This document shows, one piece after another, positions 1 through 11,394 of a stretch of DNA of 64,000 bases. Where the stretch lies: NCBI GenBank assembly GCA_963847445.1, contig CAWJZV010000030.1, positions 96,001-160,000 of the forward strand. Direction: 5' to 3'. Within the stretch, counting starts at the first letter, position 1. Every line of letters starts with the position of its first letter. The notes under the pieces are model-generated. The model saw nothing but the letters and a program-made list of their open reading frames with translations, was not told the DNA's origin and made no database searches. The position numbers and the translations under genes were made by a program. This stretch comes from an uncultured delta proteobacterium. Lineage in GTDB: Bacteria > Desulfobacterota > Binatia > UBA9968.

Positions 1-253
1 AGCACGTTCCTCGACTATCTCCTGCCGTCGATGCTCGACCATCCCGGCGAATTTCAAATCGCTGCTAGTGGAGACGCCCCATCCCGACGGCCCGTGCGGC
101 GCCAAAGGCATGGGCGAAGCCGCTTTGCCGCCGATGGCGCCGGCGATCGGCAATGCCATCGCCAATGCGCTGAACGGCGTGCGCGTGCGCGACTTGCCGG
201 TGCGGCCCGACAAGATCGTCGCCGCGTTAAACTCCAGCAAGGAGAACCGCTAA
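1..253 (+). CDS. Xanthine dehydrogenase/CoxL-family molybdopterin-binding subunit, C-terminal part (runs off window start; one indel near 60)
   Basis: Joined reading STFLDYLLPS...ETPHPDGPCGAKGMGEAALPPMAPAIGNAIANA...RDLPVRPDKI is the typical C-terminus; followed by a 2Fe-2S small subunit. Confidence 0.9.
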   Translation, partial: ARSSTISCRRCSTIPANFKSLLVETPHPDGPCGAKGMGEAALPPMAPAIGNAIANALNGVRVRDLPVRPDKIVAALNSSKENR

Positions 254-254
254 G

Positions 255-716
255 ATGAAACTCGCCATCGCCACCACGATCAACGGCCAGCGCGAAGAAA
301 TCGCCGTGAACCCGCATCAGACGCTTCTGGAATTCCTGCGCGACGATCTGAAGCTCAAGGGCGCCGTCGAGGGTTGCAGTGTCGGCGTCTGCGGTTCGTG
401 CACGGTACTGATCGACGGCAAACCGGTCAGTTCCTGTCTCACCCTCGCCAGCAACATCGAAGGCAAAACAGTCAGCACCATCGAAGGACTTTCGCAAAAC
501 GGCGAGCTCGATCCGGTGCAGCAGGCCTTCTTGAAGAACCAGGCCTTCCAATGCGGCTTCTGCACCACCGGCATGATCATGGCGGTGAAGGGGTTGTTGA
601 ACGCCCATCCGCACCCGAGCGAAGAACAGGCGCGCGACTATCTCTCCGGTAACCTGTGCCGCTGCGGCACTTACAAAGAGGTGCTGGCGGCGGTCAAAGA
701 CTTGGGCGGACGGTGA
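255..716 (+). CDS. (2Fe-2S)-binding small subunit, CoxS/CutS family
   Basis: GCSVGVCGSC...C and QCGFCTTG...GNLCRCG motifs. Confidence 0.95.
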   Translation: MKLAIATTINGQREEIAVNPHQTLLEFLRDDLKLKGAVEGCSVGVCGSCTVLIDGKPVSSCLTLASNIEGKTVSTIEGLSQNGELDPVQQAFLKNQAFQCGFCTTGMIMAVKGLLNAHPHPSEEQARDYLSGNLCRCGTYKEVLAAVKDLGGR

Positions 717-768
717 GGGCATTGTTGGTTTAGCTTGGTATCGTTTGGTTAAGTCCAGAGAAGCGTTG

Positions 769-1656
769 ATGACGAAGCGATATCTATCGGTGCTACTCTG
801 GATCGCCTGCTCTTTGTCGACCCAGATTACCTTTCTTGTCGGCGAACTTCGCGCCGCCGATTCTGTGCGCATGAAATGGCTGGGCACCGCCGGCTGGGAG
901 ATTCGCGTCGGCGAGACGGTCATTCTAATCGACCCGTTTCCCACCAGAAGGCAAGCCGCCGCCGGCGTTGAGTGGAAAACCGACGAAGAAGAAGTTGCCA
1001 AAGCCATTAATAAGGCTGACTACATCTTCGCCGGTCACAGCCACGCCGACCACATCGCCGATATTCCGGTAATCGCCAAACGTTTCGGCGCCAAGGTAAT
1101 CGGTTCGAGGACCACGACCAATATCGCCTTGAGCGCGGGAGTCGATAAGAGCCAACTGACAACGATCAGTGGCGGCGAGAAGTTTGAATTCAAAGATTTC
1201 TCCGTCCAGGTGATTGAAAGCCAGCATGGCGTGCTTAACCGCGGTGGGCGCCGCCGCCAAGCCAAATTTGACGAGGTCTTGCGTCCCTGGAACGGGCCAA
1301 TCATGGGCGAGGCATTTGTCCAGGGAGGGAGTTACCTTTATTACTTTACCTTTGGCAACTTGCGCGTCCTGCATCAGAGCACGGGCAATTTCATCGAGGA
1401 CAACTTGAAGGGACTGCGGCCCGATGTGGCAATCCTCGCCGACAACAGCAACTATGACTGGGCGGATGCGCTTAAAATTCTCCGGCCGAAAATAGTGATC
1501 ATTCACCACTACGATGAATGGCGCACGCCCTACGGCGATGGCATCCCCGAGTCCAATAAACGCAGAGCCCAGCGCTTTGAACGTTTGATCAAGTCGGTCG
1601 ATAAGCAAATCAAAGTCATCATCCCTGAACTGCTAAAACCGGTTGTCTTGGAATAA
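769..1656 (+). CDS. Exported MBL-fold metallo-hydrolase
   Basis: WLGTAGW, ILIDPF, GHSHADH (HxHxDH) motif; hydrophobic N-terminal signal-like segment. Confidence 0.85.
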   Translation: MTKRYLSVLLWIACSLSTQITFLVGELRAADSVRMKWLGTAGWEIRVGETVILIDPFPTRRQAAAGVEWKTDEEEVAKAINKADYIFAGHSHADHIADIPVIAKRFGAKVIGSRTTTNIALSAGVDKSQLTTISGGEKFEFKDFSVQVIESQHGVLNRGGRRRQAKFDEVLRPWNGPIMGEAFVQGGSYLYYFTFGNLRVLHQSTGNFIEDNLKGLRPDVAILADNSNYDWADALKILRPKIVIIHHYDEWRTPYGDGIPESNKRRAQRFERLIKSVDKQIKVIIPELLKPVVLE

Positions 1657-1817
1657 GTCACAAAGGCAGCGCTCAATACTTGAGTCGGTGCGAGCGACGT
1701 CAAGCCGGCGGGCGAGATCGGCTGGACGCTAATCGAGCAGCAAAAACAAATAGCCCGCCCATCGGTCTCGCCCCTAGCTTTAAGAAGCGCCGATAACTTG
1801 CTAAAAGTATTACTGGC

Positions 1818-1839
1818 GTTTTAGGCAGTTGCCTAAAAC
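1818..1839. promoter_or_regulatory. Perfect inverted repeat upstream of ychF (possible operator)
   Basis: GTTTTAGGCA-GT-TGCCTAAAAC, 10-bp arms with a 2-nt spacer. Confidence 0.4.
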
Positions 1840-1917
1840 CCGAAGCAGCCAAAGTCAGCGTGCTCGAAGCCTGCGGCACTCGACTTCGCTAAACATCACC
1901 ACAAGGATTGGATCATC

Positions 1918-3024
1918 ATGCTGAGAGCTGGAATCGTCGGTTTGCCCAATGTCGGCAAATCAACCCTGTTTAATGCCATCACGCGCACCCGCAAAGCGGA
2001 GGCGGCGAACTATCCCTTTTGCACCATCGACCCCAACATCGGCATGGTCACCGTGCCCGATGCGCGGCTCCAAGTGTTGCAGCAGATGGTCAAAACCAAC
2101 GTCGTCATTCCCGCGGTGATCGAGTTCGTCGACATCGCCGGCCTGGTCAAGGGCGCGAGCCAAGGCGAAGGGCTGGGTAATAAATTTCTCACCCACATCC
2201 GTGAAGTCGACGCCATCGTCCAGGTGGTGCGCTGCTTCGAAGATGCCGACGTCCATCATGTCTCCGGCAATATCGATCCGGTGCGCGACATCGAGGTCAT
2301 CAACACCGAACTGATGCTCGCCGATCTCGAAACGGTGAAAAAGCGCCGCGAGCGCATCGCCAAAGAGATCAAGCGCGGCGACAAGAGCGCCGCCGCCGAA
2401 GACGCCGTCTTGGTGAAAATCGAGACATGCCCTCGACGCCGGCAAACCGGCGCTTACCGTCGAGCTCACGCCGGAGGAACACGCATTGTCCAGCGCAATT
2501 CTTCCTGCTTTCGGACAAGCGAACCATCTTCGCCTGCAACGTCAAGGAGTCCGACCTCGCCACCGCCGACCAAAACCCCTACGTCCTGAAAGTGCGGCGA
2601 GTACGTAAAAACCCATCTTGCTTGCGAAGCCGTGGTCATCAGCGCGCAGATCGAGAGCGATCTCGTCGATCTCGAACCCGCCGAAGCCGAGGCGTTTCTC
2701 AAAGAGCTGGGCGTGCAAGAGAGCGGCATCGGCGCGCTGATCCGCGCGACCTATCACCTGCTCGGCCTGCGAACCTTTCTCACCGCCGGCGAAAAAGAAG
2801 TGCGCGCCTGGACCATCCACGCCGGCGATACCGCGCCGAAGGCCGCCGGCGTCATCCACTCCGACTTCGAGCGCGGCTTCATCAAAGCCGAAACCGTCGC
2901 CTACGACGATCTCGTCCAATGCGGCTCCGTCGCCGCCGCCCGCGCCAAGGGACTCTACCGCATGGAAGGCAAAGAATACGTTGTCGCCGACGGCGATGTG
3001 ATGCTCTTCAAGTTCAACGTCTAG
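1918..3024 (+). CDS. ychF: Redox-regulated ATPase YchF (indels near 2430-2600)
   Basis: [48 protein letters not shown]-terminal TGS ...[19 protein letters not shown]. Confidence 0.97.
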
Positions 3025-3285
3025 TCCACAGTCATTAGGGATTCGTAGCTTCTGAGTCCTCATCCTTTAGGGTTCATGCTTTTTGAAAGGGCGACTCGGA
3101 AACGGTTGCTAGACTTCTCGCTGCGCTCGAAATGACAATCTGCGGTATGGTAGGCTGATCATCCGCGAACGGATTGAGGACGATATCCGTGACTTGAAAA
3201 CGACCAACGAGCAACCTCACGGCACAGAAAGTGCCAGTTTAACCGCATGTTAAAGAGAAAGAGGAATCGGATAATACGAAAGCGC

Positions 3286-3440
3286 GCAAAGATCAAATTG
3301 CTGGATACGATTGCGCTGCTACAGGACATTCCGACGCGAAAACTGAAATAAGGAGCGAGGTCGGCACGGTAGAGAGATCTTGGCGCCGGACGTTTATGAA
3401 GTAGAATTCTGTGATGATGACGGCGAGACTTATCCCGAGA
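3286..3440 (+). pseudogene. DUF4926-like small protein remnant
   Basis: Pieces KIKLLDTIALLQDIPTRKLK* / EVGTVE / ILAPDVYEVEFCDDDGETY across frames, with an in-frame TAA and no start codon. Confidence 0.6.
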
Positions 3441-3783
3441 TTGGCCTTGCGTGGCAATCAGACAATCCCGCTCCACAATCAAGGCGAAGCCTTGAATCGT
3501 CGCCTGAACTTGTCGCTATAAGCCAGCATAACCGCCGCATGGATCACAATTGTCGAGTCGTCAATGTCATAAACTCATACGCCAGCCAGAGCCATAATCG
3601 CCGGCAACCGCTGAGCTGTCGCTCCCATGCGAAATGTTTGGCTACGAGCTGTTGCGTTCCCGTCGGATATTCCCGTGCTCGAGGGCATGCTTACTTGCGG
3701 CCATAATGCCGCGCTCACTTGTCTTCTTGAGCCGACGTGCGCTAAGAAAGTCATACCGACGACTGTGCGCTTGGGAGAACACC

Positions 3784-5253
3784 ATGGAAGAGATCAAGAT
3801 TGTCGACACGACGCTGCGCGATGGCAACACCAGCCTATGGGCGCACAATATGACCACCGGCATGATGCATCCGGTGCTGCGCCACATGGATCAAGCCGGC
3901 TTTGACGCCATGGAGTTCTTCGTCGCCGGCAGATTCAAAAAAGTCATCCGCGAGCAGCTCGACAACCCCTGGGAATGGGTGCGCTACGGCCAGCGAGGAA
4001 ATTAAAAATACCCAGCTGCGTTATCACGGCGGCCTCACCGGCGGCTTCATTCTGAGTCCCCTATGCATCCCGCGCCTGCTGCTGAAGCTGGTCATCGGCT
4101 ACGGCATCAACATGACGCGCCTGTCCGACCCGTGGAACGACTACGACGAACTCAAAGGCGAAGTCGAGGAGCTGCGCGACATGGGCATGACCTCGGTGGT
4201 CAACTTGATCTACTCGATCTCGCCGCGCCACACCGACGAATACTACGCGCGCAAAGCCCGCGAGGCAGCGGCCATGAAGCCCTATCGCCTGTGCTTCAAA
4301 GATGTCGCCGGCATGCTCACGCCGGATCGCGCTTACACATTGGCAAAGCTGATTCTCGAAAATGTCGGCGACGTGCCGGTGGAGTTTCACTGCCACTGCA
4401 ACAATGGCCTGGCGCCGTTCAATGTCCTCGAAGTGGTCAAGGCCGGCATTCGCATCGTCCACACCTCGATACCGCCGCTGGCCAACGGCTCGGCGCAACC
4501 GTCGGTATTTAACGTCGTCAACAATCTGCGCGCTCTGGGCTACCAGCCGCTGGTCAATGAAAAGGTCTTGGCGCCGGTGGAGGAACATTTGCGCCGCTGC
4601 GCCAAGGAAGCTGGCCTGCCCATCGGCGCGCCGCGCGAATACGACCAGGGTTGGTACCGCCACCAAGTGCCCGGCGGCATGATCTCCAACCTGCGCCACC
4701 AGCTCAAGATGCTCGGCAAAGAGGACAAGATGGCGGACGTGCTCGAAGAGATCGTCCAGGTGCGCGCCGAGCTCGGCTATCCGATCATGGTCACCCCCTT
4801 CGCCCAGTTCGTCGGCAGCCAAGCGGCGATCAACATCATGACCGGCGAGCGCTACAAAGAAGTCACCGATCAGGTGATTCAATTCGCCCTGGGCCTGTGG
4901 GGCAAAGAAGGCGCCCAGTACATGGACAAGGAAGTCAAAGCCAAGATCCTAGATCGAAAACGCGCCCGCGAGATGGAAAGCTTTCAAATCCCCAACACGC
5001 CATTGGAAGAAGTGCGCAGCCAGTACGGCGGACGCGAAGATCTCCGACGAAGAACTGATCATGCGCTATTACGCCGGGCCGGAGTTCGTCGACGCCTTAA
5101 AAACCGCGCCGCCGCGCAAGGAATACTTGGACGCGAGAAAACCGCTAGTAAAGTTGGTCGAGCAGTTGCAGCAAAAAGGATTTCAGCCATGTTCATATAC
5201 AAAGAGACGGCTTCTCGATCTCGGCTGGACGAATCACGCAAACCGCCGGATAA
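3784..5253 (+). CDS. Pyruvate/oxaloacetate carboxyltransferase (pyruvate carboxylase subunit B / OadA / 5S-like), no biotinyl domain; several indels
   Basis: IVDTTLRDG, LCFKDVAG, HCH metal motif, HQVPGGMISNL, LGYPIMVTPFAQFVG. Confidence 0.88.
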
Positions 5254-5269
5254 TCACTGGCAAGTTCTC

Positions 5270-5418
5270 ATCTACCCCTCTTTGGACAAGAGCGGCTAGG
5301 GGAGATTTTTCGCGTCCTTGCGGCTCCGTCATCACAAAATATTGCCCGATTATTACGAAGAAAACCTCTCCGCCCCACAACCAAATCCCCCTCGATCCCC
5401 CTTTGCCAAAGTGGGAGT
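5270..5418. repeat. Palindromic REP-like intergenic element (CCCCTCTTT..AAAGAGGGG family)
   Basis: cccctctttggacaagagcggctaggggagattt and aaatccccctcgatccccctttgccaaagtggg; related to 12311-12433. Confidence 0.6.
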
Positions 5419-5509
5419 AGATAATTGAGCTTCACCTGAGATCTCTCGGCTATCTCTGGCGAATAAGCTGCGCAATGGCGCTGCCCCTTCCTCAACCAGT
5501 CGATAGGTG

Positions 5510-6519
5510 TCATTTCTCGTACAGCTTCTTTACAAACCCGCTCGCCTCGATCTCTCGCGCGATTTTATTCGCCACGAACTGCTCGGGATCGGCGTTTTTG
5601 GCTGCGGCATTGTGCTGCCGAGTTCTGCGAGAATGGTCTTAATACCGTCGGCAGTCGCGATCGGCAGCGGCAGATATTTGTTCACGTAGTTATTGTAGCT
5701 ATCTTCCAAAATCTCGCGGTCGTCATTGCGGTTGTATTTTTTCAGCACCGCCAGACGCGGTTTCCTTGTTGCGCTTGAAATCATGGATCGCCTCGATGTA
5801 GGCGAGCATGAACTCTTTCACCACCGCTTCATTTTTCTAGCAAAAACGATTTGGTCGTCCCGATCGGCGCCATCGGATAGTGCAAACCTAATTCGGCCAA
5901 GTCGCCCAACTCGCGAAAACCGGCTTTGCGCGCGACCAGTGAGGCGGTGCCGCTCAGCACACCGGCATCGATCATTTTCGTCTGCATGGCACGGACGGTG
6001 TCCTGGGTCGTGCCGATCTGCAGGATGCTCACGTCGCGCTCGGGATTGAGCCCCCACTTCTTGAGCGCCAATCGGATGGCGAAATCGGAGGTCGCGCCGT
6101 AGCGGCTGACGCCAAGCTTCTTGCCTTTGAGTTGCGCCGGGCTGGTCAGTGTCCGGCGCGCCGAATACTTTGAAAACAAATCCATTGAGCGCGGCCGAGA
6201 GAATCACCGTGTCCGCGCCCTGCAAGGCCGCTTGAACCAAGCCGGAACCGGACAGCGAGGCGATTTCCAAATCCTTGGCGATCAGCGCGCGCAACGAAAC
6301 CGCCCCGGTGCCCATACCGACCAACAACACATCCAAGCCGCGCTTTTCGAATAGCCTGGTCTCCTTGGCAAACCACAGGGGCGCGATGGCGCCGTCAGTG
6401 GAGCCATAGCCGGCGACGACTTTGATTAAGGGCTTGGCCTGCCCCGCCTGGCTGAGTTGGCATTGCAGCAAGGTGAGAACCGTGGCCATCAGGACACTGA
6501 TCCGTTCAAGCAGATTCAT
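5510..6519 (-). CDS. ABC transporter substrate-binding protein, NMT1/THI5/SsuA-like (indels)
   Basis: Signal peptide; APLWFAKETRLFEKRGLDV; LKGKKLGVSRYGATSDF; C-terminal EIEASGFVKKLYEK*. Confidence 0.88.
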
Positions 6520-6529
6520 TTCTCGTCTC

Positions 6530-7285
6530 CTAATGAGCTAACGTGTCCAGCAGTTTGCCGTAACCGCGAATGTCCGCCTTAATCCCCAGGTCGCGAAGCG
6601 GCGCCCAGATCTGTCCCAGCGCGCTGCTCACCACCGGCTTGCCAAGGTCATCTTCCAAGGCCTGGATAACCGCCAGCGTCGGCCAGGCCGACGAGGTGAT
6701 CAACACGGCATCGCATGAAGGGTGACGCCGGCCAACGTTCCGTACATGGTCGAACACCCGGTGCGGCGACAGCATGGCTTTTTCAATCGAGGACATGCCG
6801 GTGTCGAGTCCTTCGATGGCGAGCACATCGAAACCTTCCGTGGTTAGAAACTCTTTGACCAATTGATTGTGTGCCGGAATGAAAGAAGTCGCCACCGCCA
6901 GTTTAGCTGCGCCAAGATGCTTCAAGCCGTCGGCAAATGCCTGCGGGCTGGTGGTGGCCGGCACCGGCGCTTGCCGGCGCAACCATCCAAGTAATTCCCG
7001 GTGGCGCGCCACGCCTTTCGCCAGCACCAAAGGCGCGCCGGCCAGCGCAATATGATCGACGCGGGTCTCGCGCAAGCTGGCGATGGCGTCCGCGAATCCC
7101 TCCCACGAAGCTTCAACCTGGCTCGACTCGCGAGCGTCGCGAATGACCAAGTTGCTCAATACCAAAGTAACGCCGTCCGGCGCCACGCGATAAAACTCGT
7201 AAGGAAATATTTCCGTGCAGGCGGTTGGCGAGATATTGCCCATGCGCCCGCGCCAGCCGTAACTCTTGTCGGTAACCGTAGCCAT
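6530..7285 (-). CDS. Asp/Glu racemase superfamily, maleate isomerase/arylmalonate decarboxylase-like
   Basis: YGWRGRMGNISP start, LGAAKLAVATSF, VIQALEDDLGKPVVSS, IRGYGKLL. Confidence 0.82.
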   Translation of the reverse strand: MATVTDKSYGWRGRMGNISPTACTEIFPYEFYRVAPDGVTLVLSNLVIRDARESSQVEASWEGFADAIASLRETRVDHIALAGAPLVLAKGVARHRELLGWLRRQAPVPATTSPQAFADGLKHLGAAKLAVATSFIPAHNQLVKEFLTTEGFDVLAIEGLDTGMSSIEKAMLSPHRVFDHVRNVGRRHPSCDAVLITSSAWPTLAVIQALEDDLGKPVVSSALGQIWAPLRDLGIKADIRGYGKLLDTLAH

Positions 7286-7377
7286 GGCCCTATAAGTGCA
7301 CCAAAAGACCGTACCAATGCAAAGGCTTTTGTGTCTTATATGAGTCGAAGCGCTGAACCGGGAAGGAGATGCCATTG

Positions 7378-8348
7378 ATGAATATCGTGCGAAACCCAAC
7401 TTGCCAATCGTGCACTGCTAACCTTCGGATTCCTTCTAGCTCTCGACGCCACGAGCGACCTATTCGCCCAGGAGAAAAAACTTATCATCGGCTACACCGC
7501 CCGGGATTTAAATAACTTCCCGCTGTTCGCCGCCCAGGCGCGCGGATTACTTCAGAGACGCCGGCAAAGATGTCGAGTTGGTGCAGATTCGATCGAATAT
7601 CGGATTGTCAGGGCTTGCTCGGCGGTTCGGTGGATTATTACACATCGTTTAGCAGTGCGGTGACGCTGGCGGCGCAGCAGGGCTCGCCGGTTGTCGGCAT
7701 CTTCAGCATGATCGAGCGGCCGAGCCTCTACATGGTCACACGCCCGGAGATTCGCACCATGCCGAGCTCAAAGGCAAGACCATCGGCCTGGGCTCCATCG
7801 GCGGCATCACGGTGACGATCACCCGGCGCATGTTGGCCAACTATGGGGTCAACGCCAATGAATTTACCATCGTGTCTTCCGGCGACTTGCCGGTGCGATT
7901 GGCCGCGGTAAAGTCCGGCGCGATTCACGCCACTCTGGCCGGTCCGCCGGCGCCGGTGCAAGCCAAAGAGCTCGGACTTAACGTGCTCGCCTCGGCCGCG
8001 GATACCGTGGACTTTCCATTGGCCGGGTTGTCGACTGCGGTGGCGAAAATTCGCACCAACCGCGCCGAAGTCGTCGCCGTGCTGACGGCGATGCTGCGCG
8101 GCTTGTTGTTCGTGCGCAGCCAGCGCAGCGATGCGATCGGCTTGATCCAGAAACTATTCAGGATGGAACGCGAACTGGCCGAAGCCGGCTACGACCAGAC
8201 GCTGCCGGCTTATAGCAAAGACGGCACAGCGTCGGCTCGAGGCATTGAAAGTGTTCTCGAAGTGGCGCGCCAAGGCGGCGGCGCAAAAGCGGTTGGAGTC
8301 AACGACGTGGTCGATTTTACGCCGCTGCGTGAAGCGCAGGCGTTGTGA
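7378..8348 (+). CDS. ABC transporter substrate-binding protein, NMT1/THI5-like (indels)
   Basis: PLFAAQARG, LKGKTIGLGSIGG, RLAAVKSGAIHAT, DFPLAGLST, VVDFTPLREAQ. Confidence 0.82.
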
Positions 8349-8453
8349 AACTGCGTTAACAGACATCGATTCGTGCCTAGTTCACATCGACCCACTTGAG
8401 CAAAGATCACGTTGAAGATTGAACACGCTCTTGAAACGGTACAGATATCGGCA

Positions 8454-9368
8454 ATGTCAAAAGTGCAGATCCTAGAAGAAGCGATTTCAACCCATGTTCG
8501 TGACGGCATGTCGATCGCACTGGGCTGCGCCCTGGAATCGCTGATTCCCTTCGCCGCGAGCCACGAAATCATCCGGCAGCGGCAAAAAGATTTGACCTTG
8601 ATCGGGCCGATTTCCGACATTCAGTTCGATCAACTCATCGGCGCCGGCTGCGTCAGGAAGATCCAAGCGTCCTGGGTCGGCAATGTCGCCGCCGGCCTTG
8701 GCCACAATTTTCGCCGCGCGGCGGAAGCCGCGATCCGCCAGTCGCGATGGAAATCGAGGAACACTCCAATTTTACCATCGGCCTGGCTCTCCAGGCAGCG
8801 GCGATGGGCCTGCCCTTCTTGCCGACCGATCGATCAAGGGCAGCGACTATCGCCAAAGACCCGCACTTCAGCCGCGTCACTGCCCTTTCACCGGCGAAGA
8901 GCTGGTCGCGGTGCGCGCGATTCACCCCGACGTCGCCATACTCCACGTGCAACGTGCCGACGATCACGGCAATGCCCATGTCTGGGGAAACTTACGGCGT
9001 CATGCGCGAGGCCGCGATGGCCGCCAAAAAAGTCATTCTGACCTGCGAAGAACTTGTCGATCACGCAGTGATTCTCAGCGATCCCAATCGCACACGTGAT
9101 CCCTGGTTTCGTCGTCACCAGCGTCGTCCATGAACCCAACGGCTCCTATCCGTCGCCGACCCAAGGCTACGCCAGACGCGATGATGCTTTCTATTTCGAG
9201 TACCACAGAGCGACTCGGACCGCCGAGGGTTTCAATCGCTGGTTGGAAAAGTATGTCTACGGCGTCAAAAACCACCGGGAATTTCTTGACCTGTTGGGCC
9301 GAGAACGGCGGGAGCGGCTCAAACCGCAGGGCGAACTGTTTGCGCCGGCGGTCAGCTTCAATTACTAA
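8454..9368 (+). CDS. CoA-transferase subunit A (glutaconate CoA-transferase GctA-like; indels)
   Basis: LEEAISTHVRDGMSIALG, LIPFAASHEIIRQ, DQLIGAGCV, DVAILHVQRADDHGN, PSPTQGYARRD. Confidence 0.9.
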
Positions 9369-9397
9369 TCCAAGAATCAATTTTTAGGAGGCTAGTC

Positions 9398-9832
9398 ATG
9401 AAAACCGTACCCACGGCGAAGTTATCCCAGGAAGGCTGCGACATCATCGTCAACGCCGCCATCGAAAAAGCCAAGGAGCTCAAACAAATCGGCAGCATCT
9501 GCGTCGTCGATGCCGGCGCCCATCTGATGGCGTTCAAGCGCATGACCAATGGCCGCACCCACAATACGCTGATCGCCCAGGCGAAAGCGCGCTGCGCCGC
9601 ATTGACCACGGCGGCCACCGGCAAGACCGGCCGCGACGGCAGCGAGATCCCCGATCACCAAGTGTTGGCGCAAACCCTCGCCGTCGGACCTGGTTATTTC
9701 ATCAGCATCGAAGGCGGTCTGCCGATCACCGTCGATGGCCAGTGCATCGGCGGCGTCGGCTTCAGCGGCGCGCCCGCCGCGGTGGACCGGCAAATTGTCC
9801 AGGCGGGAATCGACGCGTTCAATAAAGCCTAA
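9398..9832 (+). CDS. GlcG/HbpS-family heme-binding protein
   Basis: ICVVDAGAHLMAFKRM, IAQAKA, EGGLPITVDGQCIGGVGFSG...D; AGGAGG ribosome-binding site. Confidence 0.9.
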   Translation: MKTVPTAKLSQEGCDIIVNAAIEKAKELKQIGSICVVDAGAHLMAFKRMTNGRTHNTLIAQAKARCAALTTAATGKTGRDGSEIPDHQVLAQTLAVGPGYFISIEGGLPITVDGQCIGGVGFSGAPAAVDRQIVQAGIDAFNKA

Positions 9833-9837
9833 CGGCT

Positions 9838-9900
9838 GGTTTCGAGTTTAGGGTTCTGGGTTTCGGGTTAACACGAAACTCGAAACGCGCGACCCGAAAC
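9838..9900. repeat. Imperfect inverted repeat built of 7-nt units (TTTCGAG/TTTCGGG type)
   Basis: ggtttcgagtttagggttctgggtttcgggtt...aacacgaaactcgaaacgcgcgacccgaaac. Confidence 0.55.
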
Positions 9901-9931
9901 AGCGAGCGACACTGCAATCCACGATTGGATA

Positions 9932-10686
9932 ATGACCTATACACTTCGCGAGCTAATGGTCGCCGCCGCGGCGCGGCAGATCTGCGACGGCGACAAAGTT
10001 TTTGTCGGCATGCGTTTGCCGCTGTTGGGCTTTGCCGTGGCCAAAGAGACTCACGCGCCCAACGCCATCGGTATTTTCGAGAACGGCGTGATTCGCGATT
10101 GGCCGGCGCTGGAATCGATCTTTACCATGAGCGATCCGCCCAATATCGCCGGCGCGCTCTCCTGCGGCGGCTTGAATGACGTGATGTATTTGTTGCAGAG
10201 CGGCCGGGTCGATCTCGGCTTCATCGGCGGCGCCGAGATCGACCGCTTCGGCAATTTGAATACCCATTGGGTCGAAGACAACGGCAAGCGCACGCGCTTA
10301 CCAGGCAGCGGCGGCGCTGCCGATATCGCGACCATGGCCAAGCGCACGCATCATCATCATGAATCACGAGCGGCGCCGCTTTGTCGAGAAGGTTCAATAC
10401 GTCACGTCACCGGGTTTCGGCGACCGGCGGCGATTGGCGTTCGCGCAACGGCTTAGCGGCGGCGGGCCCAGCCATGCGATCACCAGTATGGGGATTTTCT
10501 CATTCGACGCCGCCACCCGCGAGATGATTCTAACCTCGAACCATCCCGGGGTGACGGTCGAACAAATCAGACATGAAACCGGCTGGCCGCTGCGAATTGC
10601 CCAAGAGCTGAGCGAAACTGCGGCACCGACAAGATGAGCTTGCCGCGATTCGAAAATACGATCCCAAAGGGATTTGGACTTCCTAG
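9932..10686 (+). CDS. CoA-transferase subunit B (GctB-like; indels)
   Basis: ELMVAAAARQICDG..FVG, FENG (catalytic Glu), VDLGFIGGAEIDRFGNLN, RLPGSGGAADIA, TGW. Confidence 0.92.
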
Positions 10687-10720
10687 AACCTCAATGCCGA
10701 TCGAGTTCACCACTCCAATA

Positions 10721-11234
10721 TTACGCTTCCAGCTTCGCCGAATTGATCACCACCGGCTGCGTCGGCACATCTTGGTGATGGCCCTTGTTGCCGGTCGGCA
10801 CTTTTTCGATGTTACGAACCACATCCATCCCTTCGATAACCTGGCCGAAGACGGCGTAGCCGAACTCGGCGGCGGCGGTGCTGCGGTGATTCAAAAAATC
10901 ATTGTTCTTGACGTTGATGAAAAACTGCGACGTGGCGCTGTCGACGACGTTGGTGCGCGCCATGGCGATGGTGCCGATATCGTTTTTCAGGCCGTTGGCC
11001 GCTTCGTTTTTGATCGGCGCTTTGTTTGTTCTTCTCGTTCATCGCGGCGTCCATGCCGCCGCCTTGGATCATGAAGCCGGGAATGACGCGATGAAAGATC
11101 AGCCCGTCATAGTGGCCGGCGCTCACATAATCGACGAAGTTCTTGGTCGTGATCGGCGCCTTTACCGCGTCCAGTTCGATGCGGATATCGCCCATGCTCG
11201 TTGACATCAATACCACCGGATTTTTATCAGCCAT
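10721..11234 (-). CDS. ppiB: Cyclophilin-type peptidyl-prolyl cis-trans isomerase (one indel)
   Basis: [46 protein letters not shown]; no signal peptide. Confidence 0.93.
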
Positions 11235-11394
11235 GATTGCCTCCGAAATTAAATATTTCGCGACACTAGCATTTCTCGCAGTCGACTTATAGCCTTGGCA
11301 TTTTGCACGCGCTCGATTCGGTGGAAATCTCGCCAAGGGTGCGCTATGGGTTAGCCATAACTCAAAAGCTTTAGGCATAGCGAAAGGAGCATTT

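Noticed and set aside
1918-3024. Programmed frameshifting or pseudogenisation of ychF and other split genes
   Set aside because: Indels occur throughout the window with no slippery-site pattern; assembly error is more parsimonious.
3435-3500. EIGLAWQSDNPAP resembling a LysR C-terminus
   Set aside because: Too short to distinguish from chance.
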